Program-made: the position numbers and the translations under genes
Notes under the pieces: model-generated
The model's database searches: none
What the model saw: only the letters and a program-made list of their open reading frames with translations
Told to the model about the DNA's origin: nothing
Assembly (NCBI RefSeq): GCF_001194135.2
Contig: NC_068983.1
Span: forward strand, 105,695,610 to 105,759,609
Direction of reading: 5' to 3'
Length of the DNA: 64,000 nt
Source: Octopus bimaculoides
Taxonomy: Eukaryota
In this document: positions 1 through 24,760 of the stretch, one piece after another
How the letters are laid out: each line of letters opens with the position of its first letter
How positions within the stretch are numbered: the stretch's first letter is position 1

Positions 1-247
1 TTGCATGGTGGAAATAAACGCAATTACCAAACTTTCATTCATAAATCCATTTATTATTTCGTTCTTTTGCATTTCAATTTGTACACTGAGGTTCTTTGAA
101 TATGTGTTATGTATTTTAAGGTTAAATAGTAATTCTGTTTACGTTTGTGTAACAGATATTTTGGTTGGATTATATAGTCATTGGTGTTACATTACTTTTT
201 ATATTCTGTAACTGTCACAATATACTTTTCTAGGCTGATTTTTTGTG

Positions 248-368
248 GGGAGGGAGTCAGTTGATTAGATCAACCCTAGTACACAATTGATACTTAATTT
301 ATTGACCCCGAAAGGATGAAAGGTAAAGTCGATCTCAGCAGAATTTGAACTCAGAACGTAGACAGACA
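248..368 (-). mobile_element. tRNA-derived SINE fragment with Nin/Deu-type core (similar pieces near 1525-1675, 7860-8110, 23945-24040, 36690-37070)
   Basis: Reverse complement of the gagttcaaatt...ctttcatcctttcggggtcaataaattaagta core seen in full at 56275-56625. Confidence 0.7.
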
Positions 369-599
369 GTCATAATATACAAACAGTACACTGTTTACAG
401 ATGCTTACATTTTTTATGTTTTCCGTGAATTTTTCATGGGTCCAGCTAGTAATCATTATTATAAAAAGATGTAAGAGTTTGTTTAGTTAATCAAATAGTT
501 TCAATCGTTTTGTCTTCCTCGTTGTTGCCTTAAGATATCCTTAACCACCACATATTCATTTATTCAAGTTTATCACAGTCACTTATTTCTCTAATTTTG

Positions 600-1200
600 T
601 CATAGATTGGCTGACTGAAAACTCTAAGATTTTTCTACAACTTACCATAGGAGATATGTCTCAATTCTCTCATAAAAATCCTAAGTAGCTTACTTGTGCA
701 ATAGCTAGAGGAAGTAATCTTGACCAACTTAGAGGTATCTCCCCATTATTGCAACACTTCAAAGACAGACCTTAGGAAAGCAGAATGTGCTTTTCTGCAA
801 CACAAACTTTCAAGCTTTCACAAATTTCTGATGGCTCCCTTTCTATGAAAGTCACTACTTTTTCAGAATCCTACCACATGCACTTCTCAACTAACATTTC
901 TGTTATTAACACACTTGCAGATGAAACTAGCAAATGTTTTTTTCTGTTTTGTTTCCAATTCAGATGTGCACCATGCCTACACTATCTTTGACTTGATCTA
1001 TTGTACTACTACATTAATGTATTTGACAAGTACATAGACCTCATTGATCAACCCAACCCATCAAAGCCACCAGTTCTGATGGTGTTTCTTCTAGTATCTC
1101 CAAACAGTGCATTCCAGACCTAGCTCCCACTTTCACTAAACTCTTCAATTTCTGATTCACACAATGTCTCATCTTTAAGAAGATAAATCTTTTTGAATAT
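600..1200 (+). mobile_element. Highly decayed CR1/Jockey-type LINE remnant
   Basis: Frameshifted peptide SKATSSDGV...KQCIPDLAP.F.KLFN resembles the SKA.GPDGI..LK.CAPELAP motif that precedes the RT domain. Confidence 0.45.
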
Positions 1201-2912
1201 CCCTTCCGTAGATCACAAGTAATCGGATTTCTCTGGTATTTACTTCTGGTCTTTTGTCCTTTAGAACTTCAACAAAAGTAATGTTGTTACTTTAAACTGA
1301 GTCAAGCACAAGCACCTCTTTGCTACATTATTTGCAAATGGCCTCATTCCATTTTTCACCTTTTGGAAGTTTCCTGTCAAACCACTTTATTCCAACCTGA
1401 GTGTACAGGACTCTCTCTGAGCCACTTTCTGTCAACTCTGATATTTTCCTATGTTTTGGTTATATCCTACATTCTTTCTTCTTTATATTGGTTTCAAATT
1501 TTGGCACAAGGACAGCAATTTCAGGGGTTGGGGGTAAGTTAATTACATCGATCCAGTGCTTGACTCCGAAAGGATGTAAGTCAACCTTGGTAGAATTTGA
1601 ATTCAAAATGTAAAGATGGATGAACTGTCACTAAACATTTTACCCAGCATGCCAATGATTCTACCAGCTCGTTGCTTTTTTCCTTCTGTATATTGATGAA
1701 TTTTTTTCTGTTACTTCTCAGTGCAAGAACACACTCCTATGCTTAACATTTTGCACATAGGTGTCATGCAGCAAATTATGTAAGACTTGCATTGATTATA
1801 TAAACAAAGACTTAAGAATCTCTCTCTAACTGGGAGATGATAATCTTGCAACACTACACTTTATATGGTAAACATAATTAAGACTCCCAAATCTGCTTCA
1901 AATGCTAAGCCTCACAATCATAACTGCATCCCAGATACTAAGGCTGTAATTATAGTTATACCAGGTTTCTTTACTTTATCATTGATCTAGCAAACTTATC
2001 AACAAAGTACAACTACAGTCTTACAGCTATGTTGTTTCTTCTTGCTTATTATGTAGCAGCTACCACAGTCTCTGCTCTTATGATGCAGCATGCAGTGTAT
2101 CACTTTTGTGCAGGTTTACAATTGCACTTGACACTTTGCCTAATTTTTTCAGTCACATTTTTCCTTTGGAAATTCAAGCCAAACATTAACATTTGTTTTA
2201 CCAATTTTGGAAGTCTGCAAAGATTATGAATACCAGTCTTACTTCTTTGATTAGAAAACAAAAAAACAAAAGGGGATTTTTTTCTGCATACTAAATAAAA
2301 GTACAGTAAGGACTTACACATATAACATAGGGAATTGAAAGCTTCAGTTAACTGAGACTACACAAGCCATCAATACAAAAGTTCCATCTAGAGGGGGGGG
2401 GGGTGTACAAAAACAAAACAAAACAAAAAAGAGTAAGAGAGATAACTCTCATAAGTTCATTTGCTAAATTTAGACAACATATAAAATGAAACTGGATCAA
2501 AGATTTCCATTTCAAGATATATCTTAAATTTTTGACTCTGGAAGATAAAAATGCCTAACTAAAGGTATTGAGGTTATGCATAGATGAGGATTGTGTGGAG
2601 TTTAGTGTGTATCTGCATAGGGGACTGATTTTTGCCATGAGGCACTTTAGGATCCACCCCCTTCCCCTGCTAAGAAAACAATTTAAAACAATGTAACATA
2701 TAATGATTTTGAAAAATGGGTAATGTTAGAAATAAGTTTATTTCAAAAACTAGAATGAGCAATCTTGAATACACTCTATTTAGAAAATGTATTGACTAGT
2801 TTAATTTATATATTGATCATGTAAGTGAATATGTCAGTTTATAAAAATAATTAAATTTTCTTTCATTTAAATTCTGATATGTTGTTCAACTTTAACTATT
2901 TTTTATTTTCAG

Positions 2913-12346
<9,434 letters not shown>

Positions 12347-15300
12347 AGGGAATAGCTGCTCACTCAAAGGGCTTATTTGCTTCAGGTCTTGGGAATTGAC
12401 ACATTTCTAAATAACAACAAATAAAACATGTTTTTAAAATTTTGAATATTAATCTTTTTTCAAAATTTTGGTTTTAAATATCAATTACATGATTTAAACT
12501 TATTTAAATTGTTCTTTAATTTTAGAATCTGCCTAAAATATCAAATATACAACAAACTTCAAACCTAGATTTCAGAGTTGAAATTGATTCAAATGAAAAT
12601 GTATTCAGAATTTGTTTTTACTAGTCATTTATTTTTACTGTGATATTGTTTTGATAAATTATCAAATCTGTGAACACCATGACAGTGTTTTAAATATTGA
12701 TTTTATATTGGTTTTATTTAATTTGTTTCTGACAACTTATTCAATACATTCTCATGAAAATCAACTTTGAATTTTTCTTATAAACATTCTGGATTATGCG
12801 GGAGTTAATTATAAATAAGCTAGCACAAAAATTCATTTGAGAAATAAGGATCCTAAAACTTACTGAATGGAAGCCTATTATTTCTTCTGTTAATTTAGGT
12901 TTTAAGTCTTTACTGTCTGTAATAATCATTATAATAATTATGATTATTATTATTGATATGATTATAATAGGCATCAAATTTTTTCCCTGTCTAAAAATTC
13001 TTAAGGCATCTATTTAGAGATGTGTACTTTCCCTTGATGTTTTTTTTTTTTCTCTATTATATTATTTATAAAAATTGTGGCAATTCCTGATTCCCCATCC
13101 TTGCTCTTTTTTTCAGCACAGCATATTTTTCTGAAAACTCTAACATTCATATCCTTTATATATTTTTTTTTTAATGGAAAGTAATTGTTTTAATATTAAG
13201 AGTATATTTTGTAAGTGGAAAAGAACATGATGAAGCCTGAAAATCTTATTCACTCATCAAAGTATAATTTACACATATTACTGTGTATCCTTATATGTTT
13301 ATTTTTCTTCTATAACATGTGTTAGAGATTGTATTCAAACAGACATGTGCACTGTTATATTTAAAAAAAAATGCATCAAAGACACTGAAATATCAAATGC
13401 ACACTTTTTTTACATTTAAATTCATTCACAACTGTTCAGTGTTCTCTATTCTCTGCTGGAGTTTAATTGACATTCCAATTTGTAATAACACTGGCTTAAT
13501 GGATGACAATTTTTATCTGACTGATATAGATTTACAGTCTTAAAACAAACATTTGAAATCTATGGTAGTATCTAGCTGAGATATTTATCATAAGGCAACT
13601 TTTAATACTTTCAAAAATTATTGAATACAGATCTGTTGTTATTTTATTAACTCTTGCTTAAAATTTAAAATACATTGTAAAATATTTCTTTACATTTTTT
13701 AAAATGTAATTTTAAGTTTTTATTTATTGAATATGTCATATTCTAGTTGCATTTGCTTTCAAAATTTTTTGAAATGTCTTACCATATTTAGTGTATTATC
13801 TATTTAACAACTCTACCTAGATATCAAATATTCCATTTCCTGTTTCACATTCTTCTTTGGTATTATAATTTCATTTCAATTTTATTTAATTTTTTAATGT
13901 TAATAGATGTATATATTTAATTGTTTGAAGCTGCCTAACACTTTTAGGAAATTACTTTACATTTAGTTAGGAAAAGCTATTTAAGAATCTCTAAAAATTT
14001 AATTTATTTGATTTAATTTTTATTACTATTTCTATCATAATTATCATGACTCTCTTATTAAATGTGTTTATAATAAAGTTTTACCACTTTATCAAAAAAC
14101 AATAAGTATTTCTAAGACATCATAGCTATAGAGTTGACATTTTGATGATTTTGTGAGCATTACATTTTTTAAAAAATATACTATTTACATTTAAAATTTC
14201 TTTAACTGTCAAATATATCTCTGGTTCTTTTGACATTGCTTTCTATTAGATGGGCTCATTCTAAAGGTTGTTTTTTTTTTTTTTCTTTAAAATTTTACAT
14301 TTTGTCAAAAATTAAAGAAACAGTAAAAGATTGAATGGAATTTTGATCTGATACTCAATGAAACAATAGGACAATAGCTGATTCAAATGTAAAAATATGG
14401 CTTGTGAACTAATGTTCAAGCTTATATTTTAAAAATATGTGGAAATGGCTTACCTATTTGTAAATTCTTTGAGTTTTGTTTTGTTCTGACCTTTTCCCTT
14501 CTGTGTTGTTAAATTTTGAATTACTTAACTGAAATTAGATTTCAAACATTTAAACAATTTTTTTTTCCTAAATTTTATAAGGTTAAGTGTTTCAAGCAAT
14601 GTTCTGTATTAGTTAATTATTACATTTAGTTATGTAATAGACAATTAACACCAATATGATCTATGCAAGTGGAAACTTTGCTATAGGATAACTTAGTCTA
14701 TAATATCTGCATAACTGGATTTGTTTATTTATTACTCTCTGCATTAAGCTGATGTTAGATAGTGGAGTAGAAATCTGTCTTTAGTTGCTGTTTGTATATA
14801 AAGGGAATAGGGAATTTTTGGTTGGATTGTTAATGTTATTTCAGTTATAGTTGGGCTACCAGAAAATTCTTTAATGTAGCAGCTTTGTTGCAGAGACAGA
14901 TTAAGCTGAGAGAAAAATAAATTTCATTTAGCCTTTTATTTTTTCTCTCCATTTCTTTGAATATGATATGTGTTCTTTTGCATTTGAATTGTATTGTGTT
15001 CTGGTATTTCACTCTTGAATTTTAGTAGTCTATAGTTTAGGATAACCTCTAGGTGCAAATGCTTTGATTAAATCTTTTTCTTTTTCTTTTCTTTTTCTTT
15101 TTTCTTTTTTTTTTTTCCAAAATGAAATTGTTAATATTATGAGAAGGACCAAATTTATGTATCTGCTATTTAAATGCTTTTTAAAAAAAAAAATATTTAT
15201 TAGAAACTGATGTATTCTATTGATAAATTTTATTTGATCAGTTTCTCTTTATCTATATCTCAGAGCTATTGCTTTGTTTGATTGTTGTAATTAATAGTTT

Positions 15301-16922
15301 CTGACATTCAGATTCACTAAAATTTGAAACAATTGTGATTGTATCATGTTATTTAAACTTATATTCTCTACTGACATTGGGCTGTTTAAATATTGAATAA
15401 CCTGCAATTGTATTAAACTTGAGTTCCAGTTAACCCCACATTTTGTTATGATTTTCTAGTCATAATACTGATATATTTTAATTTGTTCCCTCCCTCAATG
15501 ACTCTTTTGACCTATAAGGTAGGCATGCTGTAAGCATTTGAAGCATGTAATTTAATGCATTGTGTTGCTTATTCATTGAAGTTGAATTGGAAAATATATT
15601 TATTTTGAACTTTAAATATTGTAATCAACTATATTTGCATACAATTATATGCAATTTTATGCTTATTTTTGATATAACTAGAAAATCATAATTGTATTAA
15701 AAAATTTGGGGTTTAGGCACTGCACATCTTAGTGATGTTTATTTCATCTTTTATTTTCAGTCATATTCTATAGTCAAATTCATTAAAAAGACTCCTATTT
15801 TTCTAAGAAAACTACAACTTTCTTCCTGTTTATCACTCTTAAGATTTACTCCAGAAAAACAAAGTTGTGGACAATGCTAAAATAAAATCACTCATTAAAA
15901 ATACCTTGTAATTTATTCAAAACACTTTCAAAGAATTAGTTTTCTTTATATTTTTCATGTTACTGCCAAGTTGAGCACAAAGCTTATTTTAGTATTTATC
16001 ACCTCTAGCTTTCATTCCCACCATAGGCCATAAAGTGGATATTTGAATATATTTGTGATTTGTATATTTAAATGTGAGCAAAAGAATCTCTAATGAAGTA
16101 AAATAAGACAATTTACAATTTGGCTTCAAAATTAAAACAATTGTAAAGCTTGCTATAAATGTCACAATACCACCAACCCGATGTCATAGCTCTTTGGAAA
16201 TTCAGTCAGGTCTATGTGATGATAGCAAGCTAATAAAATATTATGTGTGTTTGTTTTTTCGACATAGTCGAGTCATCTGTTTGAAATTGAGAGCTTTTCA
16301 ACAATACATTTTATATGCCTTTTCATACTGTCATAACCTATTCAGAGGCTTTAGTTGGCTTTTGGTTATTTTCAGTATTCTGATGAAAACTTCCATAGTT
16401 ATAAAAATATTACAATTTTTAAAAACAAATTTGTATGCATAATTTCTTTTTTTTTTAAATTCTAATTTATTTTGTTCATCTAAAATTTCAGAAATGTTAT
16501 TCATTATATAATTTGCATATTCTATAGCTTCTCTTGATTTTTTTTTCTTCTTCTTGTCTATTAAAATTGTAGACTTGATTCAGGTACCATGACCAACTTT
16601 TTCAGCATTTTATATATAACCCTATTACAATTTAGAATATTTGTAAGAGATTTAATCACTTTCAAAGAAAACAAAAATCCATATTCATTTGGCCTGGGTT
16701 GGAACCTGGGCATAATAAATCCATTCATTAAAAGAATAATGTAGAATGAAAACATTTTCTATGGTAAATACACATATAAATGAACCACAGTTCTACATTT
16801 TTTTTCATTAAAGTCAAAGCATTTTATAATTCTAGACTCACAAATTTCAACATATACATCGTGTATATAACTCCATAAGAGAAATTTCACCTTATATCCA
16901 TATTTATATCTTCATCTTAGCT

Positions 16923-16960
<38 letters not shown>

Positions 16961-17448
16961 NNNNNNNNNNNNNNNNNNNNNNNNNNNNNNNNNNNNNNNN
17001 NNNNNNNNNNNNNNNNNNNNNNNNNNNNNNNNNNNNNNNNNNNNNNNNNNNNNNNNNNNNNNNNNNNNNNNNNNNNNNNNNNNNNNNNNNNNNNNNNNNN
17101 NNNNNNNNNNNNNNNNNNNNNNNNNNNNNNNNNNNNNNNNNNNNNNNNNNNNNNNNNNNNNNNNNNNNNNNNNNNNNNNNNNNNNNNNNNNNNNNNNNNN
17201 NNNNNNNNNNNNNNNNNNNNNNNNNNNNNNNNNNNNNNNNNNNNNNNNNNNNNNNNNNNNNNNNNNNNNNNNNNNNNNNNNNNNNNNNNNNNNNNNNNNN
17301 NNNNNNNNNNNNNNNNNNNNNNNNNNNNNNNNNNNNNNNNNNNNNNNNNNNNNNNNNNNNNNNNNNNNNNNNNNNNNNNNNNNNNNNNNNNNNNNNNNNN
17401 NNNNNNNNNNNNNNNNNNNNNNNNNNNNNNNNNNNNNNNNNNNNNNNN
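16961..17448. other. Assembly gap (others at 42804-42991, 52476-52618, 53320-53329, 53840-54396)
   Basis: N runs, several abutting (TA)n or SINE copies. Confidence 0.99.
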
Positions 17449-20400
17449 AATTGTCTTATTTGGAGAGAGAAAATTCAATTTCTAATCTATTAGTGGGAGA
17501 TAAAATTCTGTAAAATAAGGCCAATACAACATTGTCTATGTAAAATTATTATATCTAAATTTAGCTTTAGAAACTAATGAGCTGTTTATTATAGAATAAT
17601 TTTAAAGATTTGATTTTCCTTTCAGAATTTCATTTAATTTTACTATGAATTAATCTCGTTGTGATAAACTTTCTGGACTTTAAAACTTTTTCTATAATAA
17701 TGTAGTTATCAGGATATCTTTGCATTAACATATTATGTATATCTATTTAATATGCTACAATTTTTTAAATTATTTATTACAGAAAAGAAAAACAAAAACA
17801 CCATTTCCTAATTATGTATTTATTTAAGCCAGAAGAATGCACTAACATTGTCTTTTGCTTGTAAATTTTTCTATGTAGAAAATTTTGACTTTTAAATTAT
17901 CTTATGGATTTAATATGATAGTATTTCTCAATAAGATATTTTATCTATTTCTATGAATGCTAGGTTAATGATAAAAATATCTGACATAAATAACTGTGTA
18001 GAAATTCTACTCTAATCATTTTATCCAGCTTTTAGAAATACCTACTATTTTTATTAACATTTGTTAAACTTTACCCAATTTTTGAATTGGCCCTTTAGTT
18101 TTGCTGTTATCTTTGTTTTTTAGTATTATATTTCATTATTTTAAGGTAAATTTTTGTTGCTTAATTATTTTTGTTCATTGAAAGAAATATCCTGTATGTA
18201 TGTATGTAGCACTTGTTTTATCTTGGAAAATATTGGATTAGTTAGAAATATTTTACTTTTGTTATAAATCATTATTATTACCAGTTAATATTTTTTTAAT
18301 ATTGTAAAACTTAGTACCATTAAGTATTCTGCTTTTTATATTTATATCACTCTGTTGCAGATTATTTTTTTGTTAATTCTTGTCTAATTATAAATATTTA
18401 TTGCTTTGTGTCCCTATAAAAAGGTATCCTGACAGCTGGAATATCACTCTTATTACACCTATATAAAAATTGAGCAACTTCCAAAATTAATGACAAATTC
18501 TTCCTCTAATGTTTTGGAGGTCTGTTAAGCTCTAAACTATCTAATAAATTGTGGTAACTTCATCTGTAGCCACAGATGTCTTGTCACGAAGGAAATCTCT
18601 AGAGGATTTCATCACCATTTTTTAACATCCTTTTAAAATATGAATTTAACAGCCTTCCTGAATTCAGTTGGTTGTGAGTCATACCCTCTTTTATACAGTT
18701 CATTTTTACTAATAGATAGCTGTCTTTAAGAAGAAAATGATTTAACTTTTGAAAATTTAAGTTATATGGAAATCAAAATTTCATGAAAAAAAACGCCATT
18801 AGTTTAACTTCTTTTTTTCTTTTTTATTTTAAGAAGTTTGCTATTTTTATCATTATTCTAACTAAAAGAAAAAGGCAATGATCAAGTTCAAATAATTTTA
18901 AAAAGATAATTTAAATTTGTCTCCCTCTGCTACTTTCATATTTTATAACAGGCAGTCTTGTTTAAACTGAACAACAATTCATCTCTTTCATTACACTTTA
19001 TAATAAAGAGCCTTAAATCAGTCCATAACAAGCTATCAATAAAATACTGCTATCAGTATGTTTCTGAATAGTGTGTCCTTTCCAAACCATTTTCAAATGT
19101 TTCTCTCTCTTGCCTTGACTTATTTATCTATTCATTGTTTAAAAAGGAAAATTGCAGCAAACTGGTAATTACAGTTTAGTCATTTAGTTTTCATTTTTAT
19201 TATTTTTTTAGTAAATACACATTTTAACACAAACATTACATTGCATTAAGTTTTTTTTTTTTGCATATCTCATCTTTTACTACTAGCATGCAACTTAAAC
19301 ATTTGGTACCCAGTTGAATGCATTGTAAATAAATCTTCAATAGTGCAATTTGGGTAATTTTAAAATGTGTTTGTAAGCAAGTTTATATTTTTCATAAAAT
19401 GTATTTTTGTAGCTATTAGATTCTTGATAATCCATTTAATAATGTTGGAATATACCTTGCTAATTTATTTTCCAACATTATGTGCTGGCTGAACCAAATA
19501 ATGTTTATATTTTCTTTCATTCCAACTATTATTCTTTATCTATGACCATCCTTCAGTTTTTTTAGTTTTATGGATTATTTATATCAAGATCCACATGTTA
19601 TTTGAAATAAGTATTTTTTATTTTTTATTGTTTATTCTCATTATTATTTTTAGCAGCAGCATATGGCAAACTTTTCAAATTTGTATACTTGGTGTATTTA
19701 TTTTTTTAGTTATTCTTAAAATTATGTAACTACATTTTTAAAAACTTCTGGAATAGTATTATAGCATTTTAAATGCTCTGTATTAGATGATATTACTATG
19801 TACAGCTAACTAATCTCAGATTTCGTGTCCAGTTCTGAATTACCTTTCACAAAACTGGTTTTAAAACTATTCACTTGAATATCTTCGGTTCTGAACACTG
19901 CTGTTTTCATCTCAACTGGGAGAATGAGAGCATTAATAGTCAATTAGTAGTCCTGTTTCACTTGTTAGATTCTTTGTTTCAAGGTTTTGCATTTTTGTTG
20001 GAAACAAGTTTTGTTAATATAAATATCTCCATATTTAATCTTAGATGTTTTCCTTGTTAATTGCATATCATAACATATCAGTTTCTTGGCATTGGTGGTA
20101 TATCTAGTTGTAAACAGAATGAGTTAATATTTAATTTTAATTTATTAATCTTCTTCTACCCATTGCTAATTAAGTTTGTGGTTTCTAGTTGAATTCTCTA
20201 TTATTATCATGTTTTAGTCACATATTTTGTCCATTCTTTTGGTTCTTGTAGTCCTTCTTTAATCAAATTTCTGATATTAAATCTCTGGGTTTTTTTTATT
20301 TCAAACTTTTTCATCAAACTGCTGTTTTTTTTTTTTTTATACCAACATAATACTTATCAATTCTTAAAGTGAGACCAAAATAATTATATTTGTATTTAAA

Positions 20401-23400
20401 CTAAATGTATTGTCAAACGACATAATCTTTTGCATTAACTTGATCAATTTCTTTAAAGGTTTTATTTATTTTGCATCTGCTAGGATAAATACATTGTAGC
20501 TTTTTGGCCTTCCTTCAAATGTTTTTACTACTTATATCAACAGCTAGTTTGTCTCTGGTCTGAAAATAAAATGATGGGAAACCTTTATGAATTTTGAATT
20601 ACATAATTATGTAGATACCAGTTTGACTTTTTTTTTTTTTAAGTTGTGATATTTTCAAAAATAAATGTTGGATTACTGTTTTGTAGATTAGTACTTGGAA
20701 TTTTTCTGATTCCTTTACAGTCAGTTAAACAAAATATTTCTTTCTTTATATCTATTTTTGCTATGATGCTATGGTAATTGCCAGATTTAATTGTAGCTTG
20801 TGTAATTTTTTTTTTCTCACTAATCTATTTTGTTGTTTTAATATTTTCTGTGCTTATTGTTCACAGTATTTTGATATTGCTTAAAATTTTTCTTCTTCAG
20901 AAAATTTGTTTCTATACAAAATTAGAAATTTTTTATGTGCAAAGTTAACACATAAACAGTTAGCTACAAATTTCTTTGTATAACCATTTGGTTCCTGTTT
21001 ATCTAGTTGCCTTAAAACAGTGACTCTCTTGAAGGTGCTGTATGATATGTTGGTATCTACTCTGTTTCATAAACAATGGTCAAATTGTCTTGCATGTAAT
21101 TGATTGTAGGCAGCAGAAATTTTATCTTAGATCTTTTTATGCAAAAAGAAAATATTATGTTGCAGCAGTATTTGCTCTTGTTGGAATATAAATAGTTTAT
21201 AGTTGCATGTGAATCAAAAGTATTCAGTACTATGGTGTGGCTGGATGTTGAAAATAGCATTATGATTTATCTTAACAAGTATTTGACACTTTTTCTAGAA
21301 ATATAAAAATATCACTTTTTCCCCAAAATATATGGCATATTTTATTCACGTTTCTTTACAACTCCACATTCTGTTCTGTTCCACTGAGTACACTGTCTAA
21401 TAATCTTTAGTAAAATAGTTGATTGTCATTGTTTTAGCAAAGGAATTGTATTGATTGTTTGTGTTGAAAACAAGTACAACTTTTTAGTCATTTTTGCATA
21501 TCTCATTTCTAAGCAGAAAATGCAATTTCATAAATATACATTTAATGTTAACTAAAAGAAAAAATAATTGCATTTGAAACAAAAGAACTTTAAAAATCTG
21601 AAATTACAACCTTTTTAAAGACCGGTGACTTTTATTCAGGACAATATCATCTTGTGCATTTCACATTGTGACAATCAGTTGACAAAGAGCTGTGTTTGTT
21701 TGGGAAGTATAAATCTGGTTCCATTCTGTATTGTAGCTGTTCAGATGAATAGCATGACTAAGTACCAACACCAACAACTCTTACTGATGACAACATTTTC
21801 TTTGTTTTTTTGTTATCATTTTAGTCATTTTCTGTATAAATGTCATGCAACTAGTGAAGATGTGCAAATTTTTACTCTGTTTATATCACCCATTCTGACA
21901 GAAGCAGCTTTTCTAGTCTTCCATATTCATTACCTTAATTATTACTAAGTGAAGGCAAACATTATTTGCTTAACAAATGGAGAGTTGCTACAGTTCTTCC
22001 TTTATCTTTCACATATTTCTTTTTTTTTTTCAGTAGCAGTATACTATTCCTATATTTTATTCCATGTTTAAAAATGTGAATAGGAAAATAAAATAGATCC
22101 CTTCCCCATCTTTAATCAGTAACCTGATTAATATAGTGAACCCTTTTTTTATGCTTAGAAGTTAGTCCTTAGTATTTTAAAAATTAAAATTGTTACCATC
22201 AATTAAACTATAGTTTTGTACTTTGGATAATGTAGTAGCTGACTTAATTGAATCATTAGCTTATATATAGTTCTAAACTGATGTGAAAAGATTAACATAT
22301 TTCTATATAACTTATTAAATTTGTGGAGCCCGGCCCAAAACTATTAAAACTTTCATGGCTCTCTTCAACATTTTTTGCATTACATTTCTTTTTGCACTGT
22401 TTCACTGAATTTTTCATGCTGAATTGATGTTGTAAGATCTTTTATATAATATGAAAATCATTTAAAAAAATTTTTTTAATTTTTATTATTATAGTTTCAG
22501 CTTACAGCTGCGGCCATGCTGATGCTGTTTATATTACTTTTGAAATGTATGATTTTAATGTTATGGTTGCACAGAAAAATTAGTTTTCATGTTTCTCAAG
22601 TGTTTAAGATTACCAATTAATGTTTTTCCTACTGATTAACTAATTTTTCTTTTTTTTTTTTTTTTAAGGTTTTTGTAATATGGTTGAGATCTATCAAGTT
22701 ATTACATTGAAGAATTGCCTTCAAGTAGTTTTAGGTATTTTCCTAGATTAACTAACTTGATAAATGTCACAGAAACTTTTCAAACTCATCTGTGACAATA
22801 GATCCCTTTTCAGAATAAGCTATTAATAAGAATTAAATTCTCTTACATAGAGACACAAGTCATTTTTGGTTCATAATTGATTTTGAGTTAACTTTCTTAC
22901 TATTTTAACCTTGATTTTTGTAAGTAGAGTTTAAGATTATAATAGTAAAGAAAGACTATTGAGCTTTAAAACAGTTGGAAAATTTAATACTGAAATCAAC
23001 ATGACCATAATACTAGCTTAAATATCAAATTGAACAATATTAGATAACTATTGGCTGTTAATTGTTTTCTTTTCAAATTATATTTTGTTTTAAACATATT
23101 TGAGTCTTTTAATATTCATCTGAAGACAATCAGAACACTAGTTTCTTTTATAAAGAAACTATCAGATGAAATATTCTTGTTTAAAAAAAAAATCAATATA
23201 GATTAAAATGCCAATATTCCTTATACAATAATGTCTCTTCAATGTAGTTTGTTTATATTTTGTAAAGTTGCTTAAATTTTGGAAGACATTACTGAAATTA
23301 AACTGTGGATTTATAAAACAACTAGCCTACCTCACTCTGTAATACTATGTTCAGAGCTTAGAGCCACAGGAAGCAAAGTATTTCACTGGTTTATCATTAT

Positions 23401-24235
23401 GACTAATCATTTTCTTTTCTGAAACAAGTCGTGGATGCTTTTTATATGTCTGTGTTAAGTTAATTTTTTTTTTCTTTAAACTGGGAAGGACTTGTATAAA
23501 AGCATAGAATATTGAGCTTTTTATTTATGCATTTCACGCTTATTGTGGCTTTACCCCACCCTATTATGGATACAGGCTTTGACATTAACTCACTGGCAGG
23601 TTTTAAACTTGGTCCTAAAATACTCCTAAATAGGAGCTGATTTTTTTATTTTTATTCCCTCTCCCCACTCCTTTAACTAGTCCAGCCATGTCCTTGAACT
23701 GGTGCTTTGAAACAAAAATCCAACAATTTAGTGCTGCTGCTGTTGTTGGCATTATTGCGTGTTATAACTAATACCATTGCATTCTCTGTGATAGCTGTCA
23801 AGAGTGATGTATCAAACTGTTGGTTTACTGCTGCACACAGGTGGATTTTCAGACTAATTTATTTCTCAGCCTTCTCATTGAATAATAAACTGATACCAAC
23901 TCAAAAGATTGTTTTTGTTGTTATTAAATAAATTAGGTTAAAGAAGGTGAGTTGACAGAACAATAGTTAGATTTACTTTCATTTTTCATACAGTTCAAAT
24001 GCTACTGGTTCCAACTTTACCTCTTGTCCCAAATATCAATTTTAAAAACTTTTACAAAATACTTTTTTTTTTAAATTATAAGTACATGACAAATGCCAAC
24101 AAAACAAAGTGTCTTATTTGTAAGGGATGCAGTATTCCTAGTGAGGCAACAGCAGGCAAGATACTTGGCTAAGAGTAAACCATTATTTCTAGCAGTCATT
24201 GACTTGGAGTATACCAGAAATAGATTTTCTTCAAT

Positions 24236-24760
24236 GCTCAGATGACTCACTAGAAGTAGTCAACAGTTTCTGTTTCCTAGGAAACATAATTAGCAGGGGA
24301 GATGGTTTGTTCTGAAAGAGCAGATTGTATGATGCTTGTGTTAGAACTGCAGGATAGTGAGATATGGGCCTTGAATGCAGTTTTGTAAGGACTAGAAAAA
24401 GTGAAGCCAGCATACTCTGATAGGTGTGCAGTGTTTGTGTGCATGAATACTAGAATGCAAATGGGCTAAGAGGAAAACTGGATATTAAAGGAATCAGGTA
24501 TAGTGTGCAAGAGAGAAGGTTGGTGGTACAGGCATGTGATATGCGAAGAGAACGATTGCTGCATACATAAGTTCTGAGCATTCCAAGTTAGTAAAAGTTG
24601 AGAAAGAGGGAGACCAATGAAGATTTGGGATAAAGTAATGAAGCCTGACTGGAAGATGCTTATATCTCATGGAAATGACAACAGACCATACTGACTGGCA
24701 CTGTGTAGGTTTATGGAAGACCTCTGCACACTTTGACAAGGATAGTGATTAAGAATCTAA
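24236..24760 (+). mobile_element. RTE-clade LINE ORF2 C-terminal remnant
   Basis: DSLEVVNSFCFLGNIISRG...RLYDACVRTA..SEIWALNA, broken by stops and frameshifts. Confidence 0.7.

Noticed and set aside
16378-16395. CTGATGA hexamer hits as intact hammerhead ribozymes (also 21784, 34902, 62664)
   Set aside because: None is followed by a stem II and GAAA with closing stems.
16912-17478. Long ORFs spanning N runs (also 42733-43425, 52443-52643, 53722-54494)
   Set aside because: Artefacts of translating assembly gaps and (TA)n microsatellites.
19875-19915. Possible minus-strand 41-nt exon (EMKTAVFRTEDIQ) with a good acceptor
   Set aside because: The donor is weak and I found no partner exons between 12.4 and 29.8 kb; expected by chance in AT-rich DNA.
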